Origin: Chloroflexota bacterium | Lineage (GTDB): Bacteria; Chloroflexota; Dehalococcoidia; Lucifugimonadales; UBA1127 | Direction of reading: 5' to 3' | Length of the DNA: 64,000 nucleotides | Assembly: GCA_026713825.1 (NCBI GenBank) | Contig: JAPONS010000008.1 | Coordinates: forward strand, 10,682-74,681 | Shown here: positions 44,431 to 54,434 of the stretch, piece after piece | Position numbering within the stretch: the stretch's first letter is position 1 | Layout of the letters: every line of letters begins with the position of its first letter | Made by a program: the position numbers and the translations under genes | Notes under the pieces: model-generated | What the model was told of the DNA's origin: nothing | The model's input: the letters and a program-made list of their open reading frames with translations, nothing else | The model's database searches: none

Positions 44431-45275
44431 GACGGTTCCCCTTGCCCCGGATCCAACAGCCCGGGCCAGGGCTCTCCTCTCTCCTGCAGCCCTCGGGGGC
44501 CGCTGATGTCCAAGATTCCCTCCGGATAGACCACGTACATCAGGTAAAGGCCACATGCCGGCAGCGCCGGCCCCCCGCTTACCTCCACCGTTCCTTCCAG
44601 CAGTGGCAACACTGCCGACCCGCTCAATCGCCCTTGCCCGACGCGAACCAGCGTCCCGGCAATGCGTCTCGCCTGTTGCGGCAGGAAGGCGTTGGCGGTC
44701 ATGTCGACGGCCACCACCTGCCCTTGCCGCCAGACCTTCACACTGAAGACCTCGCGGACCGTATCCCGGCGCCTCAATGAGGACGCTCTACAAAAAGCAC
44801 GGTAGTCGCGGACGCCTCGAAAGGCCTCTGCCGCGCCGGCCATCGCCGCCAGATCCAGCTCCGCCCACACATGGTACGCGAACCGTCCCCATAGTGCCGA
44901 TGGCGCAGGTTGGTTCAGCACGAGGTAGCGGTAGAGCCGCCGCCTTGCGCTTCGCCGCGGGTCAAAGTCCAAACCCACTTCCGCCGCTGCCGTAACCCGG
45001 ATGTCTGGTGGAAGCACGCCATTCAGCGCCCTGGGGTACATGGCTGCGGGATAGCCCGCATTGGTCGTAAGGGCGACCACCTGTCCCCAAGCGTGCGCCC
45101 CGGCGTCTGTCCGGCCTGCGCCGTGTGTCTTAACGTACTTGCCCAAGAGATCCTGGAGCCCACGCTCCAACTCCCCTTGGACTGTTGGCCTCTTTGACTG
45201 TGTCTGAAATCCCCGGTATCCCGTACCGTCGTACTCAACAATCAGCGCGATGCGGCGCCGGGTTTCCAGGGTCAC
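44415..45275 (-). CDS. truA: tRNA pseudouridine(38-40) synthase TruA
   Basis: ...RIALIVEYDGTGYRGFQTQ...GAGRTDAGAHAWGQV... GTG 45275 behind a GGAGGTG SD; start uncertain. Confidence 0.9.
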   Translation of the reverse strand: MTLETRRRIALIVEYDGTGYRGFQTQSKRPTVQGELERGLQDLLGKYVKTHGAGRTDAGAHAWGQVVALTTNAGYPAAMYPRALNGVLPPDIRVTAAAEVGLDFDPRRSARRRLYRYLVLNQPAPSALWGRFAYHVWAELDLAAMAGAAEAFRGVRDYRAFCRASSLRRRDTVREVFSVKVWRQGQVVAVDMTANAFLPQQARRIAGTLVRVGQGRLSGSAVLPLLEGTVEVSGGPALPACGLYLMYVVYPEGILDISGPRGLQERGEPWPGLLDPGQGEPSWQQT

Positions 45276-45294
45276 CCCTGCACCTCCGATCCGC

Positions 45295-45690
45295 CTATAC
45301 CAACTCAATGAGTGCGATCGGTGCAGCATCCCCTTTGCGGAAGCCCAGTTTCATAATCCGGGTGTAGCCGCCGGGACGCTCCTTGTACTTAGGCGCCAAC
45401 TCATCGAAGAGCTTGCGGATGACCTGATTGTCCTGCACAAAGGCGTAGGCCATCCGGCGGCAGTGCACGGCACGCGCCCGATTCTCCGGAGTGTCGCCGC
45501 CATCCATGGCCCGTGCCGCACGGCAACCCCACGAGATAAACCGTTCCGCGACCGGGCGCAGCGCTTTGGCCCGAGCCTCGGTAGTCTTGATTCGACCGTG
45601 CAGGATGAGCGACCGCGCCAACCCCTTGTAGAGCGCCCTGCGCTGTCCGCTGGTCCTGCCCAGCTTGTGGATGCCGATATTGTGACGCAT
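45295..45690 (-). CDS. rplQ: 50S ribosomal protein L17
   Basis: MRHNIGIHKLGRTSGQRRALYKGLARSLILHGRIKTTEARAKALR... Confidence 0.96.
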   Translation of the reverse strand: MRHNIGIHKLGRTSGQRRALYKGLARSLILHGRIKTTEARAKALRPVAERFISWGCRAARAMDGGDTPENRARAVHCRRMAYAFVQDNQVIRKLFDELAPKYKERPGGYTRIMKLGFRKGDAAPIALIELV

Positions 45691-45695
45691 GGCCC

Positions 45696-46784
45696 TTAGG
45701 TCTCCTTGGGAGATTCGTCCTGATCGTTGTCGTCTTCGTCCTCTGACAGTTCCTCGTCCGCTTCGTCCTCTGCCTCCATGTCTTCCACAATGGAGGCGAT
45801 GGGCGCTGGAGGTTCAGCGTTCTTGCCCCAGAAGCTGTCCGGTACAGGCAGGTTGTTCTCCTCAAGCCGGGCTCGTAGTTCCTCCAGCGACTTCTCGCCG
45901 AAGTTGCGAATCTTGAGGAGTTCCTCCGCGGTGCGCTCCAGCACCTCGCCGACTTTGTTGATGCCGGCGCGCTTCAGGCAATTCAGCGTGCGCGAAGAGA
46001 GCTCCAGCTTCTCGACGGTAATGTTGTAAATCTCCGCCGGTATGCCGGCTCCGGGTCCGGACTCTCCACCAGTGTCCTTGCCTGCGCCGATGAGCAGCGC
46101 GCTGTGTTCCATGAGCACTTTGGCAGCCGTATGGACGGCGTCGAGAGGAGAGATGGTCCGGTCAGTCCAGACCTCTAGTACCAATCGCTCATAGTCAGTG
46201 ACTTGTCCGACGCGGGTGTACTCCACACCGAAGTTCACCTTGCGAACAGGGCTGAAGATAGCGTCAACCGGCAGCGTGCCGATGGAGTAGCCGACCGCCT
46301 GTTGCGCCGGTACGTATCCGGTGCCGCGCTCCACGTTGAACTCCATGTTGAGGGTGCCTTCGTCTGAGTCCAGCGTCGCGAGATGTAGGTCGGGGTTTAC
46401 AATCTCAAAGTCGGCCGGAGCGACGATGTCGCCGGCATAGACCTCGCCGGGGCCTCGGGCCTCGAGACGCAAGCGGCCGGGACGCTCCGTGTGGGCGCGC
46501 AGCCGGATGGTCTTCACCCGCTGAATGACCTCCATCACCTCCTCCTTCATGTGGGGAAGGGTGGAGTATTCGTGCAGCACGCCATCAATGCGGACCCACG
46601 TGACAGCGGCACCCGGAATGGAGCTCAACAACACGCGGCGCAGGGGGTTGCCCAGCGTCGTGGCGAAGCCGCGCTCCAGTGGCTCCAGCGTAAACTTGCC
46701 GTAGGTCTCGTCCAGTTCAATGGTCTTGACCTCTGGTTTGGGAACTGCCGGCCCAGGTTGTATGTCCTGGGCTGGCCCAATCAT
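45696..46784 (-). CDS. rpoA: DNA-directed RNA polymerase alpha subunit (with acidic C-terminal tail)
   Basis: ATG 46784 behind a GGAG SD. ...FTLEPLERGFATTLGNPLRRVLLSSIPGAAV... The tail reads EDMEAEDEADEELSEDEDDNDQDESPKET. Confidence 0.96.
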   Translation of the reverse strand: MIGPAQDIQPGPAVPKPEVKTIELDETYGKFTLEPLERGFATTLGNPLRRVLLSSIPGAAVTWVRIDGVLHEYSTLPHMKEEVMEVIQRVKTIRLRAHTERPGRLRLEARGPGEVYAGDIVAPADFEIVNPDLHLATLDSDEGTLNMEFNVERGTGYVPAQQAVGYSIGTLPVDAIFSPVRKVNFGVEYTRVGQVTDYERLVLEVWTDRTISPLDAVHTAAKVLMEHSALLIGAGKDTGGESGPGAGIPAEIYNITVEKLELSSRTLNCLKRAGINKVGEVLERTAEELLKIRNFGEKSLEELRARLEENNLPVPDSFWGKNAEPPAPIASIVEDMEAEDEADEELSEDEDDNDQDESPKET

Positions 46785-46843
46785 GACGAATGACTCCAAT
46801 GTAACTGCTCCTCATTCGATACGGGTCCCGAAACTGACGGATG

Positions 46844-47470
46844 CTAGCGGGAGTAGAACTCCACGATAAGCCGCGTGTCCACTGCCGTGTCGACATCTCC
46901 CTCTTCCGGCAGGTCGGTAACGCGCCCTTTCATGTTGTCGGCATCAAGATCCAGCCAGCGGGGGATCGTCCGCTTGGGGATGCCTTCCTTGATTGTCAGG
47001 GCAAACTCTCGCTGCACGCTGGAGTCCTTCCAGCCGATTTCATCGCCTGCCTTCACCACGAAGGAGGGGATGTCCACCTTGCGGCCATTCACCGTGTAGT
47101 GGCCATGCAGAACCATCTGTCTGGCCTGTGCGCGGGAATCTGAGAAGTTCAACCTGTATATCACGTTGTCCAGCCGACGTTCCAAGAGCTGCAGCAGGTA
47201 CTGGCCCGTAATCCCGGGGCGCTTTTGCGCCTGCACCACATTGCGCAGGAACTGATGCTCCCGAAGGCCGTAGGTGTAACGCAGCTTCTGCTTCTCGCGC
47301 AGCCGCACGGCGTAGTCCGAAGGCCGGCGTCGGGAGGGACGCGACGCCCCGGGAGTGTTACGGCGCTTCTCAATAGCGCATCTGGGGGTGTAACACCGTT
47401 CCCCCTTCAGGTAGAGTTTCTCGCCCACTTGCCGACATTGTCGGCACACGGGGCCGGTATATCGTCCCAT
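46844..47470 (-). CDS. rpsD: 30S ribosomal protein S4
   Basis: ORF trimmed to ATG 47470. MGRYTGPVCRQCRQVGEKLYLKGERCYTPRCAIEKR... Confidence 0.96.
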   Translation of the reverse strand: MGRYTGPVCRQCRQVGEKLYLKGERCYTPRCAIEKRRNTPGASRPSRRRPSDYAVRLREKQKLRYTYGLREHQFLRNVVQAQKRPGITGQYLLQLLERRLDNVIYRLNFSDSRAQARQMVLHGHYTVNGRKVDIPSFVVKAGDEIGWKDSSVQREFALTIKEGIPKRTIPRWLDLDADNMKGRVTDLPEEGDVDTAVDTRLIVEFYSR

Positions 47471-47478
47471 ATGCTCTC

Positions 47479-47862
47479 CTACACCCGGCGCTTCTTCGGC
47501 GGACGGCACCCGTTGTGTGGAGTGGGCGTCACGTCTCGAATGCCAGAAATCATCAGTCCAGCTCCCTGCAGGGAACGAATAGCGGCCTCACGGCCGGGGC
47601 CGGGACCCTTGAGGTAGACCTCCACTCGACGGAGCCCGTGCTCCATGCTCTTGCGTGCAGCGATCTCGGCGGCGCGGCCCGCGGCAAAGGCTGTGCCCTT
47701 GCGTGAACCTTTGTAGCCGGCGGTGCCGGCCGTACCCCACGCCAGCACACCACCCTGCGTGTCCGTCAGGGTCACGAGCGTGTTGTTGAATGTTGCCTTG
47801 ATGTATGCCCGTCCGACGGGTACAGATTTTCGTTCCCTGCGGCGGACTCCCCTCCTGGCCAT
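47479..47862 (-). CDS. rpsK: 30S ribosomal protein S11
   Basis: ...[30 protein letters not shown]... Confidence 0.96.
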   Translation of the reverse strand: MARRGVRRRERKSVPVGRAYIKATFNNTLVTLTDTQGGVLAWGTAGTAGYKGSRKGTAFAAGRAAEIAARKSMEHGLRRVEVYLKGPGPGREAAIRSLQGAGLMISGIRDVTPTPHNGCRPPKKRRV

Positions 47863-47913
47863 GGGCCTCCTTTGTCCATCGGCGCCCCGAACATCGCGGG
47901 CGCTTCTGCGTTA

Positions 47914-48297
47914 CTATTTCTTGGCACTCGCGCGGCGGCGTCCGGCCACCGTCTTCTTGGGGCCCTTACGCGTCCGGGCGTTGGTGCGCGACCGCTGGCC
48001 ATTCACAGGCAGGCCTCGCACATGGCGAATACCCTGGAAGCTCCGGATCTCAATCTTCCGGCGGATGTTCATCTGTACCTCGCGCCGCAGGTCACCCTCG
48101 ACCTTGTATTGGCGGTCGACCACCTCGCGGATGCGGGAGAGTTGGTCCTCCGCGAGGTCGCGGACGCGCGGGTTATCCTCAATGTTGGCCTCGGACGCAA
48201 TTTCCTTCGCCCTAGTAGCGCCGATGCCGTAGATGGCTCGCAACGCTATCTCAATTCGCTTGTGGTCCGGTATGTTGACGCCTGATACCAGTGCCAT
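47914..48297 (-). CDS. rpsM: 30S ribosomal protein S13
   Basis: [33 protein letters not shown]... Confidence 0.96.
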   Translation of the reverse strand: MALVSGVNIPDHKRIEIALRAIYGIGATRAKEIASEANIEDNPRVRDLAEDQLSRIREVVDRQYKVEGDLRREVQMNIRRKIEIRSFQGIRHVRGLPVNGQRSRTNARTRKGPKKTVAGRRRASAKK

Positions 48298-48318
48298 TGG
48301 TCCCTCCTGTTTCAGGCT

Positions 48319-48432
48319 CTAGCCCTGACGCTGCTTGTGCCGCTTGTTGATGCAAATAATCCGTACGACACCCTTGCGCTTGATGATCTTGCACTGCTCA
48401 CACCGCTTTTTTATGGATGGTTGGACCTGCAT
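48319..48432 (-). CDS. rpmJ: 50S ribosomal protein L36 (zinc-ribbon type)
   Basis: Own translation: [37 protein letters not shown]. Too short for the ORF track. Confidence 0.93.
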   Translation of the reverse strand: MQVQPSIKKRCEQCKIIKRKGVVRIICINKRHKQRQG

Positions 48433-48456
48433 ATTGACTCCTTGCGCCCGCTCCAG

Positions 48457-48675
48457 CTACCGGAATCGGTAGGTTACACGACCTCGGCTCAGGTCGTACG
48501 GTGAGAGCTCCACCAGCACACGGTCTCCCGGCAGGATACGGATGTAGTGCATCCGTATCCTGCCGGAGGCATGGGCAAGCACTTCGTGTTCGTTTGCCAA
48601 CTTCACGCGGAACACCGCGTTGGGGAGCGCCTCCTCAACCGTACCTTCAACTTCAATAGACTCTTTCTTCGGCAT
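48457..48675 (-). CDS. infA: Translation initiation factor IF-1
   Basis: [53 protein letters not shown]... Confidence 0.97.
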   Translation of the reverse strand: MPKKESIEVEGTVEEALPNAVFRVKLANEHEVLAHASGRIRMHYIRILPGDRVLVELSPYDLSRGRVTYRFR

Positions 48676-48704
48676 GCAACCCCTTGCCGGTGGTACCGGC
48701 GCAC

Positions 48705-49481
48705 CTAATCCCGAAGCCGGGTCATTACCTCGGCTCCGTCCTCACCCACGGCCATGGTGTGCTCAAAGTGCGCCGAGAGGCGCCCATCGGCGGTCACCAC
48801 CGTCCAGCCGTCCTCCAGTGTCCGGGTCCGCCACGTACCCACGTTCAGCATGGGCTCAACAGCGATGGCCATGCCCGCGCGGAGCATCTGCCCCCGGCCC
48901 GCCACACCGTAGTTAGGCACCTGCGGCTCCTCATGGAGCCTGCGCCCGATGCCGTGTCCAACGTACTCCCGAACGACGCCATACCCGCGGACCTCGGCGT
49001 ACTTTTGCACCGCCTCGCCGATGTCGCCGAGGCGAGCGCCAGCCCTAACCTGCGCGATGGCCTCATTCAACGACTCGCGCGTTACCTCAATGAGCTGTAG
49101 CGCCTCCCCGGAGACTTCACCCACGGGCAGCGTCACCGCTGCGTCGCCGTGCATTCCGTCGACGATGGCGCCGACGTCGCACTTTACCAGGTCGCCTTCC
49201 TTCAGCACTCGCTTCCCCGGAATGCCGTGGACGATTTCCTCGTTCACCGACGTGCAGATCGTCGCCGGGAAGCCCAAGTAGCCCAAGAACGCCGGCTTGG
49301 CATCATGCCGTTGCAGCTCCTGCACGGCTACGTCGTCAAGGTCTTGCGTTGTCATCCCTGGCTCTACGGCGCGCGTGATAGCGGCGATCATCCTCGCCAC
49401 CACTTGGCCCGCTTCCCGCATCGCCTCGAGCTCACGGGGCGACTTGATGGACGGACGCCGTGCCGCTTCCGGTGATTCCAC
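48705..49481 (-). CDS. map: Type I methionine aminopeptidase
   Basis: GTG start behind a GGGAGAGGTGAG SD. ...[16 protein letters not shown]...HGIP...DVGA...GHGIG... Confidence 0.94.
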   Translation of the reverse strand: MESPEAARRPSIKSPRELEAMREAGQVVARMIAAITRAVEPGMTTQDLDDVAVQELQRHDAKPAFLGYLGFPATICTSVNEEIVHGIPGKRVLKEGDLVKCDVGAIVDGMHGDAAVTLPVGEVSGEALQLIEVTRESLNEAIAQVRAGARLGDIGEAVQKYAEVRGYGVVREYVGHGIGRRLHEEPQVPNYGVAGRGQMLRAGMAIAVEPMLNVGTWRTRTLEDGWTVVTADGRLSAHFEHTMAVGEDGAEVMTRLRD

Positions 49482-49559
49482 AGGCTCACCTCTCCCGAAA
49501 GGCGCAAAATACCATTCTACCGATTTGGCGCGAATTTTGCACCTGCGGCGTTCCCGCCG

Positions 49560-50186
49560 CTAGGCCTCCAGCGCCTGCAGCACGTCTGTCGTCACAGCGT
49601 CGACGTCCTGCAAACCATTTACCTCGACAAGTTTGCCCCTGCCCTTGTAGTAATCGATCAGCGGGTAAGTCTGGGCGGAGAACACCTGCAGGCGGTTGCG
49701 AACCGCCTCCGGCATGTCGTCTTCCCGCTGGTAGAGTTCGCCGCCGCAAGACTCGCAGGCTGTGCCCACGGCCTCGGCGGTGTACGGTCGTGAGCAACCG
49801 CGGCAGATGTAGCGATTGCTCAGCCGCCGCACCAACTCGTCTTCGGGTACCACTACATGCAACACCTTGTCGATACCCTTGCCTCCCAGCGCTTCGTCCA
49901 ACGCCTCCGCCTGCGGAGCTGTGCGCGGGAAACCGTCGAGCACTACGCCTGGACCCTCTGTTTCCTCCGACAGCTTGTCCAATACCATGCGGATTACCAG
50001 GTCGTCGGGCACCAAGTCGCCCCGGTCCATGTACGACTGCGCCAGTTGCCCCAACTCCGTCTTCTGCTGACGGTGTGTGCGCAGCAGATCGCCTGAGGAC
50101 ACGTGAGCCAGTCCCTTCTTGTCTGTCAGGATATCTGCCTGCGTGCCCTTTCCTGCGCCCGGCGCCCCTAGTAACACTAGAAGCAT
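49560..50186 (-). CDS. adk: Adenylate kinase (zinc-lid type: CRGC...CESCGG)
   Basis: MLLVLLGAPGAGKGTQADIL... Confidence 0.96.
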   Translation of the reverse strand: MLLVLLGAPGAGKGTQADILTDKKGLAHVSSGDLLRTHRQQKTELGQLAQSYMDRGDLVPDDLVIRMVLDKLSEETEGPGVVLDGFPRTAPQAEALDEALGGKGIDKVLHVVVPEDELVRRLSNRYICRGCSRPYTAEAVGTACESCGGELYQREDDMPEAVRNRLQVFSAQTYPLIDYYKGRGKLVEVNGLQDVDAVTTDVLQALEA

Positions 50187-50220
50187 GGCGTCGACTCCCG
50201 GCTGAAGCCGAGCATGACCG

Positions 50221-51567
50221 TCATCTTATGAATCCCTCGTAGCGGCGCATCAGAAGCTGCGCCTCCAGTTGTCGCATAGTATCGAGGCCCACTCCCACAA
50301 GGATCAGAAGCGCGGTGCTACTCAGCCTCAGCGCCTGCACGTCAGTGAGCAGTGTCGCAAAGTACGGGATAATGGCCACGAAGCCCAGAAAGAGGGCTCC
50401 ACCCCAGCTGACGCGGATGAGCGTACGTTGCAGGTACTCCTCCGTCGGCCGGCCGGGTCGGATACCCGGGATGAAGCCGCCCTGTTTCTGCAGATTCTCT
50501 GCCAGGTTCATTTGGGAGAAGGTGATCATGGTATAGAAGAGGGCGAAGATCACCACCAATACAAAGAGGATTACCCAGTAAATGAAACTGGTTCCGTCAA
50601 AGACACCGACCATGCCCTGGGCAAATCGCGAGACAAAGCTGGGATCGGACGGGTTGGCGAAGTAACTCGCCACGGTGCCCGGAAGAATGATGATGGCGAA
50701 GGCGAAGATGAGCGGGATCATGCCAGCTGAGTTGATTCGCAGCGGGATATACGACGTTCCTTGCGCACGTCTAACAGACCCTCCGCGGAACACCGTCCGC
50801 CCGTACTGCACAGGGATACGCCGTTGGGCTTCCGTAAACACCACGATGAGGTAGATGATCGCCAGTGTGATCACCGCGAGTGTGATGAGCCCCGTCGGGT
50901 CGACGCGGCTGATGAAACCTTGCTGTACAATTTGCGGCAACCCCGCAACGATGCCGGCAAAAATGATGATGGAGATACCATTGCCAATGCCCCGCTCCGT
51001 GATTTGCTCGCCGAGCCAGACTAGGAAGACGGTGCCCGCCGCCATCGAGATTACCATCGGGATGATGGCCGGGAACGCGCCGCCTGTAATGTCAACGCCT
51101 GCGAAGATTCCAGCCCGCTGCAGCAGGATGATCTGCCCATAACCCTGCGCCAGCGCGATAGGCACAGTGAAGTAGTGGGTCATCTGGTTGATCTTCTGAC
51201 GCCCGTAGTCGCCCTCCTTGGAGAGTGCCTTCAGTTGCGGGATTACGGGCACCAACAACTGCATGATGATGGACGACGTAATGTAGGGATAGACACCCAA
51301 TGCGGCTACGCTAAGGTTGCGCAGCGCACCGCCGCTGAACAGGTCCAGGAACCCGAGAATGTCACCGAACTGACCGCCGCTGAAAACAGCGGCCAAGGCG
51401 TCGCGGTCCACCCCCGGCACTGGCACGTGCGCCACAAATCTGAACACGACGAGCATGGCCAGGGTGAAGAGCAACTTCATCCGCAGGTCGGGGATCTTGA
51501 AAGCGTCTATGAGGGCCTGCAGCAGCTGGGGCCGCCCGGACGCAGGCCTAGCTGACGTCGCCTGCAT
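50221..51567 (-). CDS. secY: Preprotein translocase subunit SecY
   Basis: ORF trimmed to ATG 51567, which overlaps the rplO end by 20 nt. ...IPDLRMKLLFTLAMLVVFRFVAHVPVPGV... Confidence 0.95.
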   Translation of the reverse strand: MQATSARPASGRPQLLQALIDAFKIPDLRMKLLFTLAMLVVFRFVAHVPVPGVDRDALAAVFSGGQFGDILGFLDLFSGGALRNLSVAALGVYPYITSSIIMQLLVPVIPQLKALSKEGDYGRQKINQMTHYFTVPIALAQGYGQIILLQRAGIFAGVDITGGAFPAIIPMVISMAAGTVFLVWLGEQITERGIGNGISIIIFAGIVAGLPQIVQQGFISRVDPTGLITLAVITLAIIYLIVVFTEAQRRIPVQYGRTVFRGGSVRRAQGTSYIPLRINSAGMIPLIFAFAIIILPGTVASYFANPSDPSFVSRFAQGMVGVFDGTSFIYWVILFVLVVIFALFYTMITFSQMNLAENLQKQGGFIPGIRPGRPTEEYLQRTLIRVSWGGALFLGFVAIIPYFATLLTDVQALRLSSTALLILVGVGLDTMRQLEAQLLMRRYEGFIR

Positions 51568-52033
51568 TGTCCTTCTCCCGCTTCTTGCCCGGCAGTTGCT
51601 CCGCCGAGCCACCTGCTGCAACGAGTTGCTCGCGCGCCTGCGCCGAGAACCGGTGTGCTGTCACCGAGAGAGGCTTGGTGACCTCGCCCTTGGCCAGCAC
51701 CTTGACCGGTTGCTTCAGGTTGCGCAGCAGGCCCACTTGCACCATGGCCTCTGGCGTAACCTGAGCGCCGCTCTCGAATCGCTCGTCCAGCGCGCCCAGA
51801 TTCACTACGGCATAGTCCGTACGGAAGATGTTGGTGAAACCGCGTCGAGTTGGTAGCTTCAATACCAACGGCAGCTGACCGCCTTCAAACCCCGGACGCG
51901 GCCCGGGGCCGGAACGGGACCTCTGCCCCTTCATGCCTCTCCCTGAGTAATTGCCCTTGCTTCCGTTGCCGCGCCCCACGCGAGTACGCGACCGACGTGC
52001 GCCTTTGGGCGAGGGAATCTCGTGTTGCTTCAC
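51548..52033 (-). CDS. rplO: 50S ribosomal protein L15
   Basis: GTG start. ...PKGARRSRTRVGRGNGSKGNYSGRGMKGQRSRSG... Confidence 0.95.
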   Translation of the reverse strand: MKQHEIPSPKGARRSRTRVGRGNGSKGNYSGRGMKGQRSRSGPGPRPGFEGGQLPLVLKLPTRRGFTNIFRTDYAVVNLGALDERFESGAQVTPEAMVQVGLLRNLKQPVKVLAKGEVTKPLSVTAHRFSAQAREQLVAAGGSAEQLPGKKREKDNAGDVS

Positions 52034-52048
52034 TGCCTGTCTCCTGCC

Positions 52049-52234
52049 TTAATCCTCTACTTCGTCAACCTGCACCATGTGGCGCACCTTGTGAAGCATG
52101 CCACGCACCACAGGGGTGTCCTCGCGTTCCACCGTCTGGTTGAGCCGGCGCAGACCAAGGGACCGGATGGTCGCCTGCTGGTTGCGTTCAAAGCCAATAC
52201 CGCTCTTCTTCCACGTTATACGCAGCCGTGCCAT
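52049..52234 (-). CDS. rpmD: 50S ribosomal protein L30
   Basis: MARLRITWKKSGIGFERNQQATIRSLGLRRLNQTVERED... Confidence 0.94.
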   Translation of the reverse strand: MARLRITWKKSGIGFERNQQATIRSLGLRRLNQTVEREDTPVVRGMLHKVRHMVQVDEVED

Positions 52235-52243
52235 TGAGCTCCC

Positions 52244-52795
52244 CTAACTCCCTTGCTGCTGTTGTTGCGCAGGCTGCGGCGTCCGCCGGGCCCGGCGTCG
52301 CTCGACCTCGACCTGCGGATCACGCAATGAGGCCAGCGCGTCCATCGTCGCCTTTGACAGGTTGATTGGGTTTGTGTTGCCCACGGCCTTGGTCAGGATG
52401 TCCTTGATGCCCGCCAAGTCCACCACCGCGCGCACCGTAGCGCCTGCCACGACCCCCGTGCCGTCCACCGCGGGCCTTAGCACCACCTGCGACGATCGAT
52501 ACTTCGTGACAATGTCGTGGGGGATAGTCGTCCCACGCAGGGGCACCTCAATGAGGTTGCGCCGAGCGATAGCCACGCCTTTGCGGACCGCGTCTGGCAC
52601 AGCCGCTGCCTTTCCCAAGCCAATCCCGACTATGTTGCGGCCGTCGCCAACAGCAACCATGGCGTTGAAGCGCATATTCTTGCCACCAGCCGTCACCTTG
52701 GCGATTCGGCGGATCATCAGCACCCGCTCCGTCAGGTTACCGGCATGCTCCGGCGGCACACGAGGGGCCAGGTCGTAGGGAGTTAACTTTGGCAT
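52244..52795 (-). CDS. rpsE: 30S ribosomal protein S5
   Basis: ...ERVLMIRRIAKVTAGGKNMRFNAMVAVGD... The ATG overlaps the rplR stop (TAATG). Confidence 0.96.
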   Translation of the reverse strand: MPKLTPYDLAPRVPPEHAGNLTERVLMIRRIAKVTAGGKNMRFNAMVAVGDGRNIVGIGLGKAAAVPDAVRKGVAIARRNLIEVPLRGTTIPHDIVTKYRSSQVVLRPAVDGTGVVAGATVRAVVDLAGIKDILTKAVGNTNPINLSKATMDALASLRDPQVEVERRRARRTPQPAQQQQQGS

Positions 52796-53199
52796 TAAAA
52801 CTCCAACCCTCCTTCACGCGCCGCTTCCGCCAGCGCTTGAACGCGGCCGTGGTAGGCGTAACCGCCGCGATCGAACACAACTCTCGTCACGCCGGAGGCC
52901 TTGCTGCGGCTCGCCGCCACCGCGCCAACCAAGCGAGCAACCTCAGTCTTCGGTTTGCCCTGACACTCGGCCCTAAGCTCAGCGTCCATGTCGGACGCTG
53001 AGGCTAGGGTGTGGCCGACGCTGTCGTCAATGACTTGCACGGAGATATGCCGGCTGCTGCGGAAGACCGCCATGCGCGGACGCTCGGTCACACCTTGCAC
53101 CTTCCTACGCACTCGGATATGGCGAACCACGCGTTTCGCGCGAGCCGTCTTGGCCTTCCCCTTGAACCGCAATGCCTGCAATCGTACTGCTTTAACCAC
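52795..53199 (-). CDS. rplR: 50S ribosomal protein L18
   Basis: ORF trimmed to GTG 53199 behind a GAGGAAG SD. ...[20 protein letters not shown]... Confidence 0.93.
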   Translation of the reverse strand: MVKAVRLQALRFKGKAKTARAKRVVRHIRVRRKVQGVTERPRMAVFRSSRHISVQVIDDSVGHTLASASDMDAELRAECQGKPKTEVARLVGAVAASRSKASGVTRVVFDRGGYAYHGRVQALAEAAREGGLEF

Positions 53200-53215
53200 A
53201 ATATCTTCCTCGGGC

Positions 53216-53791
53216 CTAGCGTCCAGCGCTCTTGCCGGGCTTGAGCCGAACAATTTCGCCACTGTAGCGGATACCTTTGCCCTTATAGGCGTCAGGCTTG
53301 CGCACTGCGCGGATAGAGGCGGCGATCTGCCCCACCATCTGCTTATCACACCCTGCGACTGACAGTCGCGTTGGTCCCTCGACGGTCAAAGTGATCCCCT
53401 CTGGCGCCTCAATGTCCACCGGATGGCTGTAGCCGACTTGGAGGATAATGTTTGCCCCTGACTGCTGTACGCGGTAACCGGTGCCTACCAGTTCCAGGTT
53501 CTTCTGGAACCCCTCGGTCACACCGACCACCATGTTGTTCAATAACGCCCGCGTTAGCCCTTGAAGCGCCCGGACACGCTGATGGTCGGACGGACGGTCG
53601 ATGATAATGACCCCGTCCTGCTGGTCAATGGTCACGTCTGGGTGGAACTGCTGTTGCAGGGTGCCTCGCGGGCCCTTCACCGTCACGTCGTTGGCCGACC
53701 CAAGGGTCACGTCAACGCCCCTCGGAACCACGATGGGCATGGACCCAATTCGAGCGACGATGCGCCGCTTTTCCTTCGTCTTCTCAACCAT
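53216..53791 (-). CDS. rplF: 50S ribosomal protein L6
   Basis: ORF trimmed to ATG 53791. ...[20 protein letters not shown]... Confidence 0.94.
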   Translation of the reverse strand: MVEKTKEKRRIVARIGSMPIVVPRGVDVTLGSANDVTVKGPRGTLQQQFHPDVTIDQQDGVIIIDRPSDHQRVRALQGLTRALLNNMVVGVTEGFQKNLELVGTGYRVQQSGANIILQVGYSHPVDIEAPEGITLTVEGPTRLSVAGCDKQMVGQIAASIRAVRKPDAYKGKGIRYSGEIVRLKPGKSAGR

Positions 53792-53804
53792 AGCACACCG
53801 TCCT

Positions 53805-54206
53805 CTACCAAACGTAGCAGAGGACTTCTCCTCCAATGCCCCGGTTCCTGGCCTCGTGCCCGGTCATCACCCCCTGTGACGTCGAGAGGATGGCGACGCC
53901 AAGCCCGCCGTACACGCGAGGAATCTCACCACGGCCCACGTAGACTCGCAGGCCCGGGCGACTCACACGCTTCAGCCCACGGATGGCTGTCTGAGCACGG
54001 CCTGTGTACAGCAGCCGCAGCCGTAGCATGCGCCACGGCCCGCTTCGAACGGTGTCCACATCACGGATGAATCCTTCATCCTTGAGGATGTCGGCGACCG
54101 CCTGCTTTGCTTTGGAAAGTGGGACAAGCACCGAGTCGTGCCGCGCCATGCCGGCGTTGCGCACCCGGGTCAGCATGTCCGCAATGGGGTCGGTTACTCC
54201 GCTCAC
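53805..54206 (-). CDS. rpsH: 30S ribosomal protein S8
   Basis: ...TDPIADMLTRVRNAGMARHDSV... Start is GTG 54206 or TTG 54221 (uncertain). Confidence 0.93.
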   Translation of the reverse strand: MSGVTDPIADMLTRVRNAGMARHDSVLVPLSKAKQAVADILKDEGFIRDVDTVRSGPWRMLRLRLLYTGRAQTAIRGLKRVSRPGLRVYVGRGEIPRVYGGLGVAILSTSQGVMTGHEARNRGIGGEVLCYVW

Positions 54207-54214
54207 GGGTCCTC

Positions 54215-54400
54215 CTACCAACTAGCCTTACGGACTCCGGGGATCTCGCCCCGAAGCGCCAGCGTGCGGAAGCAGATGCGGCAGAGGCCGAACTGGCGGA
54301 TATACGCCCGCGGGCGCCCACACAACTGGCACCGATTTTGCTGCCGCGTGGAAAACTTTACCGGCAACCGCCACTTGGCTATCTTGCTGGTCTTGGCCAA
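54215..54400 (-). CDS. rpsZ: 30S ribosomal protein S14, short zinc-binding type Z
   Basis: [61 protein letters not shown]. Confidence 0.95.
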   Translation of the reverse strand: MAKTSKIAKWRLPVKFSTRQQNRCQLCGRPRAYIRQFGLCRICFRTLALRGEIPGVRKASW

Positions 54401-54434
54401 TTCTCCGCTCCTATCCTTCTCGTCCCGCGCCGCC

